Positions 18,017 through 26,765 of a DNA stretch of 64,000 nt are shown here, piece by piece. The translations under genes were made by a program, and so were the position numbers. Source of the DNA: a phage; NCBI GenBank assembly GCA_022143435.1, contig GCA_022143435.1_3941.1; one strand, written 5' to 3'. The notes below the pieces were generated by a model. That model saw only the letters and a program-made list of their open reading frames with translations, was not told where the DNA came from and made no database searches. Numbering within the stretch: position 1 is the stretch's first letter; every line of letters starts with the position of its first letter.

Positions 18017-19149
18017 TAAGGAACCTCTAAAAATCCACTATTCAAATCATCTACAACAGTATTCAATAAGTACGCACCGTTCTGTTGCTCCTGATTAGCA
18101 TTCTGCTCTTTATCAATTTCCATCTTCTTAATCATATACTTCAAAGGTGGTTCTTTAGGAGCTACAAAATCTCTGGGAATGCCAAACATGTCATACAGCG
18201 GGGCAGCATTATAGTAAACCCACTCATGAAGAAGCTTTGTATTTAAGCCAACTACAGCACGTCCTTCGGAGAAGATATAATACGACCATTTCTCTTCACT
18301 TTCAACTACTTCATCTAAGATTACTTTAATCTCTGGAAGAATTTGTTGAAAAGCTTTCTGCCACTCATCATCTCTTAAAGTTTCTTTTAAAACTTCAATA
18401 TCAATTTTAGTGTGAAGGATTTCGTCAAGCATAATTTTCTGTACCGCTTGAGCAATACCCTGAAATTTATCTTGAGCATCAAGTGCAAAAGTACATGCAA
18501 AGGATGCCATAAAAGATATACCTTCCAGTGCAGTCACTGCAAATAGACCTTTTAGAATCACTTTATGGAAGTGTAAAGGGTCTTTGTCTAGAAGTGAGTC
18601 ACGGACATAACTCAGCCGATAGTTTATACCTTCATCTAGTAATTCTTCGAGAACACGATTCACAGTTTTTAATCGGTCTTGTACAGCAATGTTCTGGTTA
18701 ATCTCATCTAAGATTGTTTCAGGATTTTTAATACATTGTCTTACAATCTCCGAGTAAGTAAGAGCATGTAGGTTTTCAATCTCAGACTGCTTCATAATTG
18801 CAGTTGCATAAATGTCATCAGAGATGAATGGTGCAAAGGCAAACGCTAAGCTCTTAGCAACTTGGGTATCTGCTTCCCACTGCCACTTAAGAATCTCAAG
18901 CATTACACCTGACATTGATGCTGGCACACTCTCAAAATCAAGACGTGATTGCTCAAAAGGGAACTCATCTTCTGACCAATCTTGTGCTTTTTGTTGTTTA
19001 TAGAGTTCAAAGATTTTTGGGTAGTGCTTGTTAAGTGAGTCAAATGTCTTTCTCTCACCACCTAAAAAGATTGGGTGTTGGTTAATCATAGCGTGATTTC
19101 TCCTTTCTCTATCATCTCTAAGGCTTGTTTTCTGTCTAAAACTTCCCAA
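18016..19149 (-). CDS. nrdB: Ribonucleotide reductase class I small (beta) subunit; likely start at internal Met ~19089
   Basis: Size, position next to nrdA; ferritin-like R2-type protein. Confidence 0.8.
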   Translation of the reverse strand: MGSFRQKTSLRDDRERRNHAMINQHPIFLGGERKTFDSLNKHYPKIFELYKQQKAQDWSEDEFPFEQSRLDFESVPASMSGVMLEILKWQWEADTQVAKSLAFAFAPFISDDIYATAIMKQSEIENLHALTYSEIVRQCIKNPETILDEINQNIAVQDRLKTVNRVLEELLDEGINYRLSYVRDSLLDKDPLHFHKVILKGLFAVTALEGISFMASFACTFALDAQDKFQGIAQAVQKIMLDEILHTKIDIEVLKETLRDDEWQKAFQQILPEIKVILDEVVESEEKWSYYIFSEGRAVVGLNTKLLHEWVYYNAAPLYDMFGIPRDFVAPKEPPLKYMIKKMEIDKEQNANQEQQNGAYLLNTVVDDLNSGFLEVP

Positions 19150-19427
19150 TTTTCTTTGTTGAACATCTCATAAGGTCTTGCGTAGATTTTACCATCTGCT
19201 GTAGAGATGTAAGAGATACCAGCAACCCATGAGTCATCCTTTTGTTTTATCATCATATCTGTGCTACTCACATAGTACATCGTTTTCCGAGGCTTGTGGA
19301 GCAAGTATATAGGTCGCTCATGTTTTTCTATTAAATCTTTCATGGTCTCTCCAAAGTTATTTTTAGAGGGTCTTTTACGACCCTCATAGTTATTAAAACT
19401 AAACACCACAACCCTCGCAATAGGCAT
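19086..19427 (-). CDS. Small hypothetical protein between nrdA and nrdB (likely start ~19343)
   Basis: ORF; overlaps neighbours at its ends. Confidence 0.3.
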   Translation of the reverse strand: MPIARVVVFSFNNYEGRKRPSKNNFGETMKDLIEKHERPIYLLHKPRKTMYYVSSTDMMIKQKDDSWVAGISYISTADGKIYARPYEMFNKENWEVLDRKQALEMIEKGEITL

Positions 19428-21633
19428 CTTGCAGTGCAGACTTACCTACACCGATGCGACTGTTAAGGTAGTACATGGTTTTCATACCTACCGAGTTAGC
19501 GTAAATCATGTATTTCAAAGCTTGAGCCAATGATACCTTCTTAGCTTTTGCGTAGTCAACATAGAAATCTGAAGAGATAGCTTGACCAGTGAACTTTTGA
19601 ACAATTGCATAACAATCAATCAGGTCAAAGGTGTCAATACCCCAAGCAATTTCATATACATACTTCAACTCTTCATAATCTGGAACAATAAACAGTACGT
19701 TACCAGTTGCAGACTTTTTAGTTAAAATAAAGTCACGAATTGGGTACAAGCCGTTTGTCGTATTAGTTGCTAGTGAAGAACTCTCATTAGGCATGTAAGC
19801 TTCTAATACAGAGTTTCGGATTCCACCATTTTCTTTGATACGTTGTGCTAAGTCATCCCAATCATATCTTAGTTTTGCATCATGCTTCTCATCAATCTTC
19901 TTGTTGGCTGTCTTTGGAGGAACCCAGCCTTCAGGATACTTAGTGAACTTCATGTACTCTGGAACTCCACGCTCTTTAGCAAGTCTCAGAGAGGCTTCAT
20001 GTAGATAGTAAGAGTGCATCTCTGCAAGTTCATGAAGCTTCGTTTTACCTGCTCGTGAAGAGTAGTTCACGTAGTTCTTCGCAAGGTAATGAGCCACATT
20101 TGTAAGGCCAATACCAACAGAACGACGCTTCTGAACATGGTTACGCATCGACGGATACGGATAATCCATAAGGTCAATAACGGAGTCAACCATTGCAAGA
20201 GCATAATAAGCAACGTCAGCGTATTCATCTTCTGAAATTCTCCCTGCAACCAAACTAGCTAGGAAGCAAAGAGCTACCTCACCATCCTCTTTCACAGCAT
20301 CATCTCTGTAAAGGTCTGTCTCTTTCTCAAAGCCGTACACTGGCAACACAATTTCCATACAAAGATTTGACATCTTCAAAGGCTCTTTAAATGGTGTATG
20401 TGTGTTTGTGTTGTTAGTGAAGAATGGATACACACGACCTGTAGCATAACGCTGTTGAATAAACAGCTTAGCAATTTCACGAGCCTTGACTCGTCTGTGC
20501 TTAACTCCTGAATGTACTGCGTGACCAACTGCCATAGCAAACTCATCAGCAGATGCTGTGTAGAACATGTCATAGAGTTTTGGTGCATCTTTGTAAGAGA
20601 ATAGCAACCAATCTGTATCATACTGAACACACTGCCAGAAATAATCGTTTGTGCCGAATGAGTAGTCCATCTCATTAATACGTTTAGAAGGAACCGTTGT
20701 AGGGTGCTTCAAACGCAGTAAATCTTCAATCTGCGGGTCTAGAGCAGTGTAGAAGTTATTAGCTGAACCACCACGACTCTTCTGTTTATTTGCCTCTACA
20801 GATGAACGTACAAGCTTGTAATAAGGTAGCTTACCCATGTGCTCAATAGTATTTTGACGGATACCATCACCAATAGTACGTGTCTCCATCAGCATACCAA
20901 TACCAGCTTGCTTTGTAGTCATATCATAAGCAACCTTTGCAGCAATACCAAGTGATTCAGCAGTATCGTTTGCCTTAATCAAGCAGCATGACGCATAACC
21001 TGATTTAGTTGCCCTCAAACCGTTTAAATAAGGCGTAGGAGCGTTAATCTTCAGGTCAGATAGGTAAGTGTACAGCTTGATAACATCTTGCAGTCTACGG
21101 TGCTTTGGTTGCTTCTCAAAGGCTTTCATAGCCATACCCATAAACATAAATTGTGGTGACTCAAAAAGTCTTCCCGTTTTAATATCACGGATACCATACT
21201 TGTCCCTAAACTGTTTCAATACTGCATAGCCGTAAGAGATATCTTTTGAGTGTACGATGTAACCTTGCAGATATTCAAGCTCTTCCTGTGAATAGTCCAT
21301 CTTCTCCCAAAGTCCTGCTCTCTCCATATTTTTAACGAAGGTAATCAGCGTAGGAACCTTAGTAAAGCCTCCAAAGGCTTCTTTGTAGATAATACCCAAA
21401 AGCAGTCGTCCAGCCATATCTGAGTACTCTTGAGTTTGTTTATCAACACAAACATCAATCATGGCTTGGTGCATCTCTTTTGTAGTGCAACCCTCATAGA
21501 CACGTTTCATAGCTTCCATAGTGACTTCTGACCAGATAATTCCACGTTTATCTGCCCATGATGCCCACTTATTCAGTCTTTCTGGGTCAAAGCTTACTAC
21601 TGTACCGTTTGATTTTTTAATTGTCTTAATCAT
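19399..21633 (-). CDS. nrdA: Ribonucleotide reductase class I large (alpha) subunit
   Basis: 744 aa; N-terminal ATP-cone; C-terminal CEGCGV-type tail. Confidence 0.9.
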   Translation of the reverse strand: MIKTIKKSNGTVVSFDPERLNKWASWADKRGIIWSEVTMEAMKRVYEGCTTKEMHQAMIDVCVDKQTQEYSDMAGRLLLGIIYKEAFGGFTKVPTLITFVKNMERAGLWEKMDYSQEELEYLQGYIVHSKDISYGYAVLKQFRDKYGIRDIKTGRLFESPQFMFMGMAMKAFEKQPKHRRLQDVIKLYTYLSDLKINAPTPYLNGLRATKSGYASCCLIKANDTAESLGIAAKVAYDMTTKQAGIGMLMETRTIGDGIRQNTIEHMGKLPYYKLVRSSVEANKQKSRGGSANNFYTALDPQIEDLLRLKHPTTVPSKRINEMDYSFGTNDYFWQCVQYDTDWLLFSYKDAPKLYDMFYTASADEFAMAVGHAVHSGVKHRRVKAREIAKLFIQQRYATGRVYPFFTNNTNTHTPFKEPLKMSNLCMEIVLPVYGFEKETDLYRDDAVKEDGEVALCFLASLVAGRISEDEYADVAYYALAMVDSVIDLMDYPYPSMRNHVQKRRSVGIGLTNVAHYLAKNYVNYSSRAGKTKLHELAEMHSYYLHEASLRLAKERGVPEYMKFTKYPEGWVPPKTANKKIDEKHDAKLRYDWDDLAQRIKENGGIRNSVLEAYMPNESSSLATNTTNGLYPIRDFILTKKSATGNVLFIVPDYEELKYVYEIAWGIDTFDLIDCYAIVQKFTGQAISSDFYVDYAKAKKVSLAQALKYMIYANSVGMKTMYYLNSRIGVGKSALQDAYCEGCGV

Positions 21634-21651
21634 TTTTGAATCCTACAGATG

Positions 21652-21676
21652 AAAAGAGCCTCCGAAGAGGCTCCCT
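21652..21676 (-). terminator. Hairpin AGAGCCTC-CGAA-GAGGCTC upstream of nrdA
   Basis: Inverted repeat read in sequence. Confidence 0.45.
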
Positions 21677-21679
21677 AGT

Positions 21680-22018
21680 TTAAATCTTGAAAATTTGCTC
21701 ATTCTGCCACATATCGTAAAACTTATCACTTACTTTTGTGACTGAAGAAGTGTGCATACAATTCAGGGAGAACCATGATGATGTATTATCATCCATAAGT
21801 GTTTCAAGTTTTTGTGTAACGTTCACATCCATGTCTGCAACAACGTAATTGCCTCGCATCTTGCAAACAATTCTTCCAAACAAGATTGCACTTCTACCTC
21901 TTCGGTCATCACAGTACATAACTGTGTCCCCGTGCTTAACATCTTGTCCGAGGCTGTCAACGCCTAACTTAGCACCTGAGACAATATCATCATAAGATAG
22001 CTTTTTTGCTTTAGACAC
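21680..22018 (-). CDS. Hypothetical protein
   Basis: ORF. Confidence 0.4.
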   Translation of the reverse strand: MSKAKKLSYDDIVSGAKLGVDSLGQDVKHGDTVMYCDDRRGRSAILFGRIVCKMRGNYVVADMDVNVTQKLETLMDDNTSSWFSLNCMHTSSVTKVSDKFYDMWQNEQIFKI

Positions 22019-22343
22019 GGTATTTCTCCAAGTTTCTTTTTAGATATAACCAACTATAGTCAGTCCTTTCTACACCCATAAAGAGTGGAGCCATCACAAC
22101 TTTACCGAAAGTATTCCTGTGTTGGCAGATTTCAAAGGAATATTCTTTCTCAATATCAATCCCATATTTGTACAGGACTGCTTTTAAAACTTGTTCATTG
22201 TCCAGAAGTGTATCTGGAGTCTCACCATATTTTTCTAGTAACGGGTCATTCATGAACACCGTCATAGAAATATTGTAGTTTGAGAAGTGGCTCTTCTGAG
22301 CCACACCCTCTTTATTAATGTTCTGTGAATCCATTATAACCAA
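22011..22343 (-). CDS. Hypothetical protein
   Basis: ORF. Confidence 0.4.
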   Translation of the reverse strand: MVIMDSQNINKEGVAQKSHFSNYNISMTVFMNDPLLEKYGETPDTLLDNEQVLKAVLYKYGIDIEKEYSFEICQHRNTFGKVVMAPLFMGVERTDYSWLYLKRNLEKYRV

Positions 22344-23070
22344 CCCCTTTTAACCAGCACTTCAGGTTATTAGCATCATAATTCAGTTTCGGGTATGAGG
22401 TTACATGGAACTGCTCACCATCATAATAGACAATATCTGCAATCCATAGTCCATTCTCTTTACAGAAGTCTTTATCTGCTTTAGAGGTAATTGGATTAAC
22501 TTCTACAAAACCATCTACACCCAAATCCTTTAAGCTACCTACAATACCTTTGCAGATAACGCATGTCTCAGATACTACCACAAAAAGTTCTTGGCTTTCA
22601 AGTTCTACAATGTATTCACCAAGCTGTACTTTAGGGAGATTTGATTGCTTCATAATCTTCCCATCGGCTGCACGGACAATCGCATACCACTCTTTACCAT
22701 CAACTACTGACATTCTGATAACACACTCTTGACCAGTACGCTTTTCAATGTCTGCAAGACGTTTTAAAGCTTCTTCATAGTCATCTGTGTACTTCAGGTC
22801 ATTATTATGGCAAACAGCTTCCATAGCACCGTTATGGTCATGTTGTGACAGGTAAATCAAACCGTCAAGAACATATTGTAAATCTGCCTGAGCATCCAGT
22901 GTCTCAATGGGGTCTTTCTCTTCAATTGCTTTTACAAGCTCTTTTGCTTCTTCAAGCATACACAGAGATTGAGATTTTAAAGATTCCCAATACTCATTAC
23001 TGTAAGGTTGCTTTTGAGTGTTTCCACAACGAAGGTTCCAGTTTTTTACTGATTCTCTTGAGTTAAACAT
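22315..23070 (-). CDS. Hypothetical protein; N-terminal region weakly MazG-like (all-alpha NTP pyrophosphohydrolase)
   Basis: EEAKELVKAIEE...DAQADLQYVLDGL resembles the MazG/HisE EExxE...D motif pattern. Confidence 0.3.
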   Translation of the reverse strand: MFNSRESVKNWNLRCGNTQKQPYSNEYWESLKSQSLCMLEEAKELVKAIEEKDPIETLDAQADLQYVLDGLIYLSQHDHNGAMEAVCHNNDLKYTDDYEEALKRLADIEKRTGQECVIRMSVVDGKEWYAIVRAADGKIMKQSNLPKVQLGEYIVELESQELFVVVSETCVICKGIVGSLKDLGVDGFVEVNPITSKADKDFCKENGLWIADIVYYDGEQFHVTSYPKLNYDANNLKCWLKGVGYNGFTEH

Positions 23071-23309
23071 TCGGACTCCTTAAAATATCTGTTAACTTTT
23101 AGCTCTCGTGTTTCAATATATTCTAGATGCTCACGTAGCTCTTGACGTTTAAGCATTAGGTGCTGCATTTGAGATTCAACAGCTTCAACTTCTTTGATTA
23201 TTGACTCTCTAGCATTTGCAAGGATGCGCTCAAGTTCTTCAATCTTGCTGTCAACTTTTGCTACATGACTCACAGCTTTACTTTTGTTAAACATTTTATT
23301 CTCTCTCAA
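23046..23309 (-). CDS. Hypothetical coiled-coil protein
   Basis: ORF, helix-prone charged sequence. Confidence 0.35.
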   Translation of the reverse strand: MRENKMFNKSKAVSHVAKVDSKIEELERILANARESIIKEVEAVESQMQHLMLKRQELREHLEYIETRELKVNRYFKESECLTQENQ

Positions 23310-23315
23310 TAGTTA

Positions 23316-23813
23316 TCAAGCACAAGTTGCTTTCATTACCTTATGGATTCTTTTTTCAGCATCTTCATAAGTTTCTTTAGTAATAAACTTAATTGCTGCA
23401 ATATTGGCATTGTAGAAGAGTCTGAGCTTCGAGTCAATCCTTTTTGTCATTACATCGAATTTATGTTGAAGGTTTGCTTCACCATAGACTAGGCCACCTT
23501 TTGTGTAGTAGGTTTGAATAATATAAAAGTCAAAAGACTCTTTTCCAAAGCTCTCAATATCTTTTTTAATATACTCAGAAGAGGTTTCGTAAGTCATCCA
23601 ATCACTTTCCTTAGTGACTACCTTCTTCCGAGTCTTCCCAGCAACTTTTCTTTTGGTCACACTGTTAAGCTGTTTCTTTCCGATATAATATTGCCCAGTC
23701 TTCTTACAGTGCACTAAATAGACAAAGCCAAAATGTTTAGTGGGGTCAACTTCCCCACATAAAGACACCCAATGACCATAGGTAGGGCAATTGCCAAATC
23801 CTTTAATCTTCAT
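23316..23813 (-). CDS. GIY-YIG homing endonuclease
   Basis: FGFVYLVHCKKTGQYYIGKK matches GIY...YIG motif spacing. Confidence 0.55.
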   Translation of the reverse strand: MKIKGFGNCPTYGHWVSLCGEVDPTKHFGFVYLVHCKKTGQYYIGKKQLNSVTKRKVAGKTRKKVVTKESDWMTYETSSEYIKKDIESFGKESFDFYIIQTYYTKGGLVYGEANLQHKFDVMTKRIDSKLRLFYNANIAAIKFITKETYEDAEKRIHKVMKATCA

Positions 23814-24334
23814 TCATAAGCTTCTCCGTGATTTGAAAACTCTTTATGTAGTTCTTCTCTTTTCTTTTTGACAACTGATTCAGCCTCAGTGATAGAGTCA
23901 AATAAACCTAGATGGTAGCATACTTTATTATGCTTGACTTGTGCAGCCCATCTACCTCTTTGCTTGTGGTAATATACACCCTTCACACCAGACTTATTAT
24001 CTTTTCTTTTGACTGCATTGTAGTTGTTGTCTGACCTGCTACACTCTCTCAAATTGTCGAACCAGTTGTCGTGCCTGATACCATTCTTGTGGTCAACAAA
24101 TTTTGGGAGGTAGCCTTTCATATACAAGAATGCCAGTCTGTGTGCTGCATATCTTTTTCCGAAGAGTTTTATATAGATATAACCACTATGGTGTTTAAGA
24201 CCTGCTACTGAGCCAGCTTTGGCCTTACCTCTTCTACCAACTAACCAAGTAAAGACCCCTGTTTCGGGGTCATAGTGCAGGTATTCTTTAAGAGTTTGTT
24301 GAGTTAACATTTGGTGTCCACCCATACTTATCAA
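23810..24334 (-). CDS. HNH homing endonuclease with AP2-type DNA-binding domain
   Basis: HNH core (FVDHKNGIRHDNWFDNLR) plus AP2-like SGVKGVYYHKQRGRWAAQV; paralog of 33873-34439. Confidence 0.6.
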   Translation of the reverse strand: MISMGGHQMLTQQTLKEYLHYDPETGVFTWLVGRRGKAKAGSVAGLKHHSGYIYIKLFGKRYAAHRLAFLYMKGYLPKFVDHKNGIRHDNWFDNLRECSRSDNNYNAVKRKDNKSGVKGVYYHKQRGRWAAQVKHNKVCYHLGLFDSITEAESVVKKKREELHKEFSNHGEAYE

Positions 24335-25334
24335 AAGTGAAATCGTCTTTCTTGTTTCTTTCCTGATAAGCTAAGAAAAAGTGTTGCTGCATTAACTCTA
24401 AAGGTGTTCTGGTAATTGTTTGACCATCCCATGATACATAAGTGTATGACTCTTTCTTAGCATAAAGTTCATAGATAGCATCAAGACACTCTTTATAAGT
24501 ATTTTTACCTTCAAGGGCTTTCATTACAGTAGCCTTACCAACACCCTTTAAACCAAAATAATTATCAGCATTGTCACCAGCCACAGCTTGATAACAAAGG
24601 AATTTAAAACCTACACCAACTGTCTTCTTAGCTTTTGGTGTTGATTTTATTGGGCAATCCCAAATTTCACCTACGTTGTTGTCAGCAATGAAAATCAAAG
24701 GCGACTTTTCATAGGTCATATCAATGCAGTAAGTCCCTTCAGCTTGGCGAAGGTCTTTATCAATACTCATCAAGGCAGCCTTTTTACCCATCTTTTCAGC
24801 TTTAGCAATAACGATAGAATCGGCTTCAAATCCATCAAGAATTAGTTTGAACTCTGGTCTTGACAGAAGGTATTCACGACAAGCAACTAAGTGTGTTGGT
24901 GTGACAGCATCTTTACGGTTACCTTGATATTGGTGCTCAAGACCTTTAATGTCTTTATGTTTATGCACACCTTTCTCTGTTAAATAGCCTACCCAAGTTC
25001 TCTCTTTACCAACAACCTTAAGCCATTCCTGAAGCACCTGTTGAGTAGCCATGATAGCTTCTTTTTCACTCTTAGCTTCTTTCCAAGTCTGTCTTTCCCA
25101 TTCATCTTCATCAAATGTCAGGCCAAGTTCTTCTACAAGGATTCTCTGGTCTGCTAACCATCTTGCAGCATCTTTCGCATTATCAAATGGCTCAGATTCT
25201 TCTGCGGTGAGTTTATTGACGTATTTATATTTTGATTTCTCAACTACACAAGCACCTTTATAGGCAATACTGTCAGAGTCAATAAAAACATGTGTAACTG
25301 AATCGGGAAGTTTTGTTAATGTGTACTTCTCCAT
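24288..25334 (-). CDS. 5'-3' exonuclease / flap endonuclease (FEN, RNase H-like)
   Basis: N-terminal acidic nuclease segment (VFIDSDSIAY) and helix-hairpin-helix-like GLKGVGKATVMKAL. Confidence 0.65.
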   Translation of the reverse strand: MEKYTLTKLPDSVTHVFIDSDSIAYKGACVVEKSKYKYVNKLTAEESEPFDNAKDAARWLADQRILVEELGLTFDEDEWERQTWKEAKSEKEAIMATQQVLQEWLKVVGKERTWVGYLTEKGVHKHKDIKGLEHQYQGNRKDAVTPTHLVACREYLLSRPEFKLILDGFEADSIVIAKAEKMGKKAALMSIDKDLRQAEGTYCIDMTYEKSPLIFIADNNVGEIWDCPIKSTPKAKKTVGVGFKFLCYQAVAGDNADNYFGLKGVGKATVMKALEGKNTYKECLDAIYELYAKKESYTYVSWDGQTITRTPLELMQQHFFLAYQERNKKDDFTFDKYGWTPNVNSTNS

Positions 25335-25354
25335 TATGGCTCTCCATATGAAAA

Positions 25355-25385
25355 AGCCCCATACGGAGTACAGGGCTTTAAAGTA
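25355..25385 (-). terminator. Hairpin AAAGCCC...GGGCTTT followed by T-run on minus strand
   Basis: Inverted repeat plus TTTTTCAT. Confidence 0.45.
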
Positions 25386-25395
25386 ACTTTAGAGA

Positions 25396-26253
25396 TTAAT
25401 CTTCTGTATCGAAGTCTTCATCCTCTTCGTCATCTGGGTCTGGCAAATCTTCATCATCACCATCATCAGAATCATTCGAAGATTTATGGTCTGTTGCGTC
25501 TTCTTCAGTGATTTCACCGTTATCTTCGACACCATCAAGACCAAGCATAGCCAGTTCATCTTCATCCAGTTCAGGTTCACCATTAGCACCGTTGCCACCA
25601 GTGTAAGGTACAAGAGTATCAATGATAAACTGTTCCTGAATAGGTTTAGTCAGAACATTGTTCTCAAAAGTGTAGAAGTGAGTAGAAAGAATCACACTAC
25701 CAAAAGAACCGTTACCAACTGCGATATCTGGATGAATTACATCATAGTTCTTATCATCTTCATGCTTATCAGATGCTTGAGCTTTGATTTTCTTCATCGG
25801 CTGCTTAACAGCTACACGCTTACCATTTACTTCTTCAATCAGCATTACAGGGAATGACTGTTTAGCTGTCCATACAGCACCATCTTTATAAGCTGCTGCA
25901 CGACTTACTTTCAAGATGTAGTAAGTGTCTGCTTCAAATGGTGGTTTGCAACCAAACTTCTCTTCGAAGTCATCTGCATCAACTGCTTCAGTGGTAACTT
26001 TATCCCAACCTTCTGGGTTTTTCTTAGACTTAGTAAACTCTTTAAAGAGTTTGTTACCGTCTTCTGCCAGAATTGATACGCTGTAGTTACAATCTTTTCC
26101 TGGGAATTTCTTGTCAATAGATTTACCTTTACCCGGACGTGGTGAAGTGTTCAGGTAATAAAACCAGACATCTTTCAGCAGGTAACGCAGAGTTTGACGT
26201 TCAGTACCGTTGTACTTCTCTACCGGAGCTTTCATTTTAACAACTTTAGACAT
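25396..26253 (-). CDS. Single-stranded DNA-binding protein with acidic C-terminal tail (T7 gp2.5-like)
   Basis: Extremely acidic C-terminus (DDGDDEDLPDPDDEEDEDFDTED); replication-module context. Confidence 0.55.
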   Translation of the reverse strand: MSKVVKMKAPVEKYNGTERQTLRYLLKDVWFYYLNTSPRPGKGKSIDKKFPGKDCNYSVSILAEDGNKLFKEFTKSKKNPEGWDKVTTEAVDADDFEEKFGCKPPFEADTYYILKVSRAAAYKDGAVWTAKQSFPVMLIEEVNGKRVAVKQPMKKIKAQASDKHEDDKNYDVIHPDIAVGNGSFGSVILSTHFYTFENNVLTKPIQEQFIIDTLVPYTGGNGANGEPELDEDELAMLGLDGVEDNGEITEEDATDHKSSNDSDDGDDEDLPDPDDEEDEDFDTED

Positions 26254-26289
26254 TATTTAAACCTCTATCTCAATTTATGAAGAGTACCA

Positions 26290-26318
26290 ATTCTAATTTG
26301 TTGATACTCTATTGTCAA
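26290..26318 (-). promoter_or_regulatory. Sigma70-like promoter (TTGACA-17 bp-TAGAAT on minus strand) upstream of the SSB gene
   Basis: Hexamers and spacing read in sequence. Confidence 0.5.
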
Positions 26319-26325
26319 ATACTAA

Positions 26326-26475
26326 TTACTGGAAGTTGTGCTTATCTTTAGAAGCTGCTTTACGTGCAGTTTTTCCAGTTCTTACACGTTTTTCTTCATA
26401 GTATTTTGCTGGTTTTCCAGCAGTGGCTTTTAAGGAATCCCCAAAAACTTTTTCAAATGCTTTAGAGTGTTTCAT
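26326..26475 (-). CDS. Unlisted 49-aa basic ORF (MKHSKAFEKVFGDS...), start overlapping the upstream stop (ATGA)
   Basis: Hand translation; below the ORF-track size cutoff; start/stop overlap suggests translational coupling. Confidence 0.35.
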   Translation of the reverse strand: MKHSKAFEKVFGDSLKATAGKPAKYYEEKRVRTGKTARKAASKDKHNFQ

Positions 26476-26765
26476 GATATTCTCCGATATACTTGATATT
26501 CAAACACATTTTCTTTCATTATAAACAGCCAACCAATATTATGCTGAGGCAGTGTAATGATGACTGTAATCATACTTTGATGGAACTGTTGTTCTATTTC
26601 AACTTCTCCATCGCATTTCATGTGGAGCATTCTATAGAACCTATCAATCTTTGTCAAACACTCTTCATGAAATTTATTTAAACTTTTTTCTTCAAAGAAG
26701 GGTGTGAACCCCTCTCTTTTATAGCTATCACTCAGTTTCGAACGGGCAGTCATCTGCATCCTCAC
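26472..26765 (-). CDS. Hypothetical protein
   Basis: ORF. Confidence 0.4.
   Translation of the reverse strand: MRMQMTARSKLSDSYKREGFTPFFEEKSLNKFHEECLTKIDRFYRMLHMKCDGEVEIEQQFHQSMITVIITLPQHNIGWLFIMKENVFEYQVYRRIS

Noticed and set aside
20067-20675. Two short minus-strand ORFs (60 and 99 aa) inside nrdA
   Set aside because: Alternative frames within the well-supported nrdA coding sequence.
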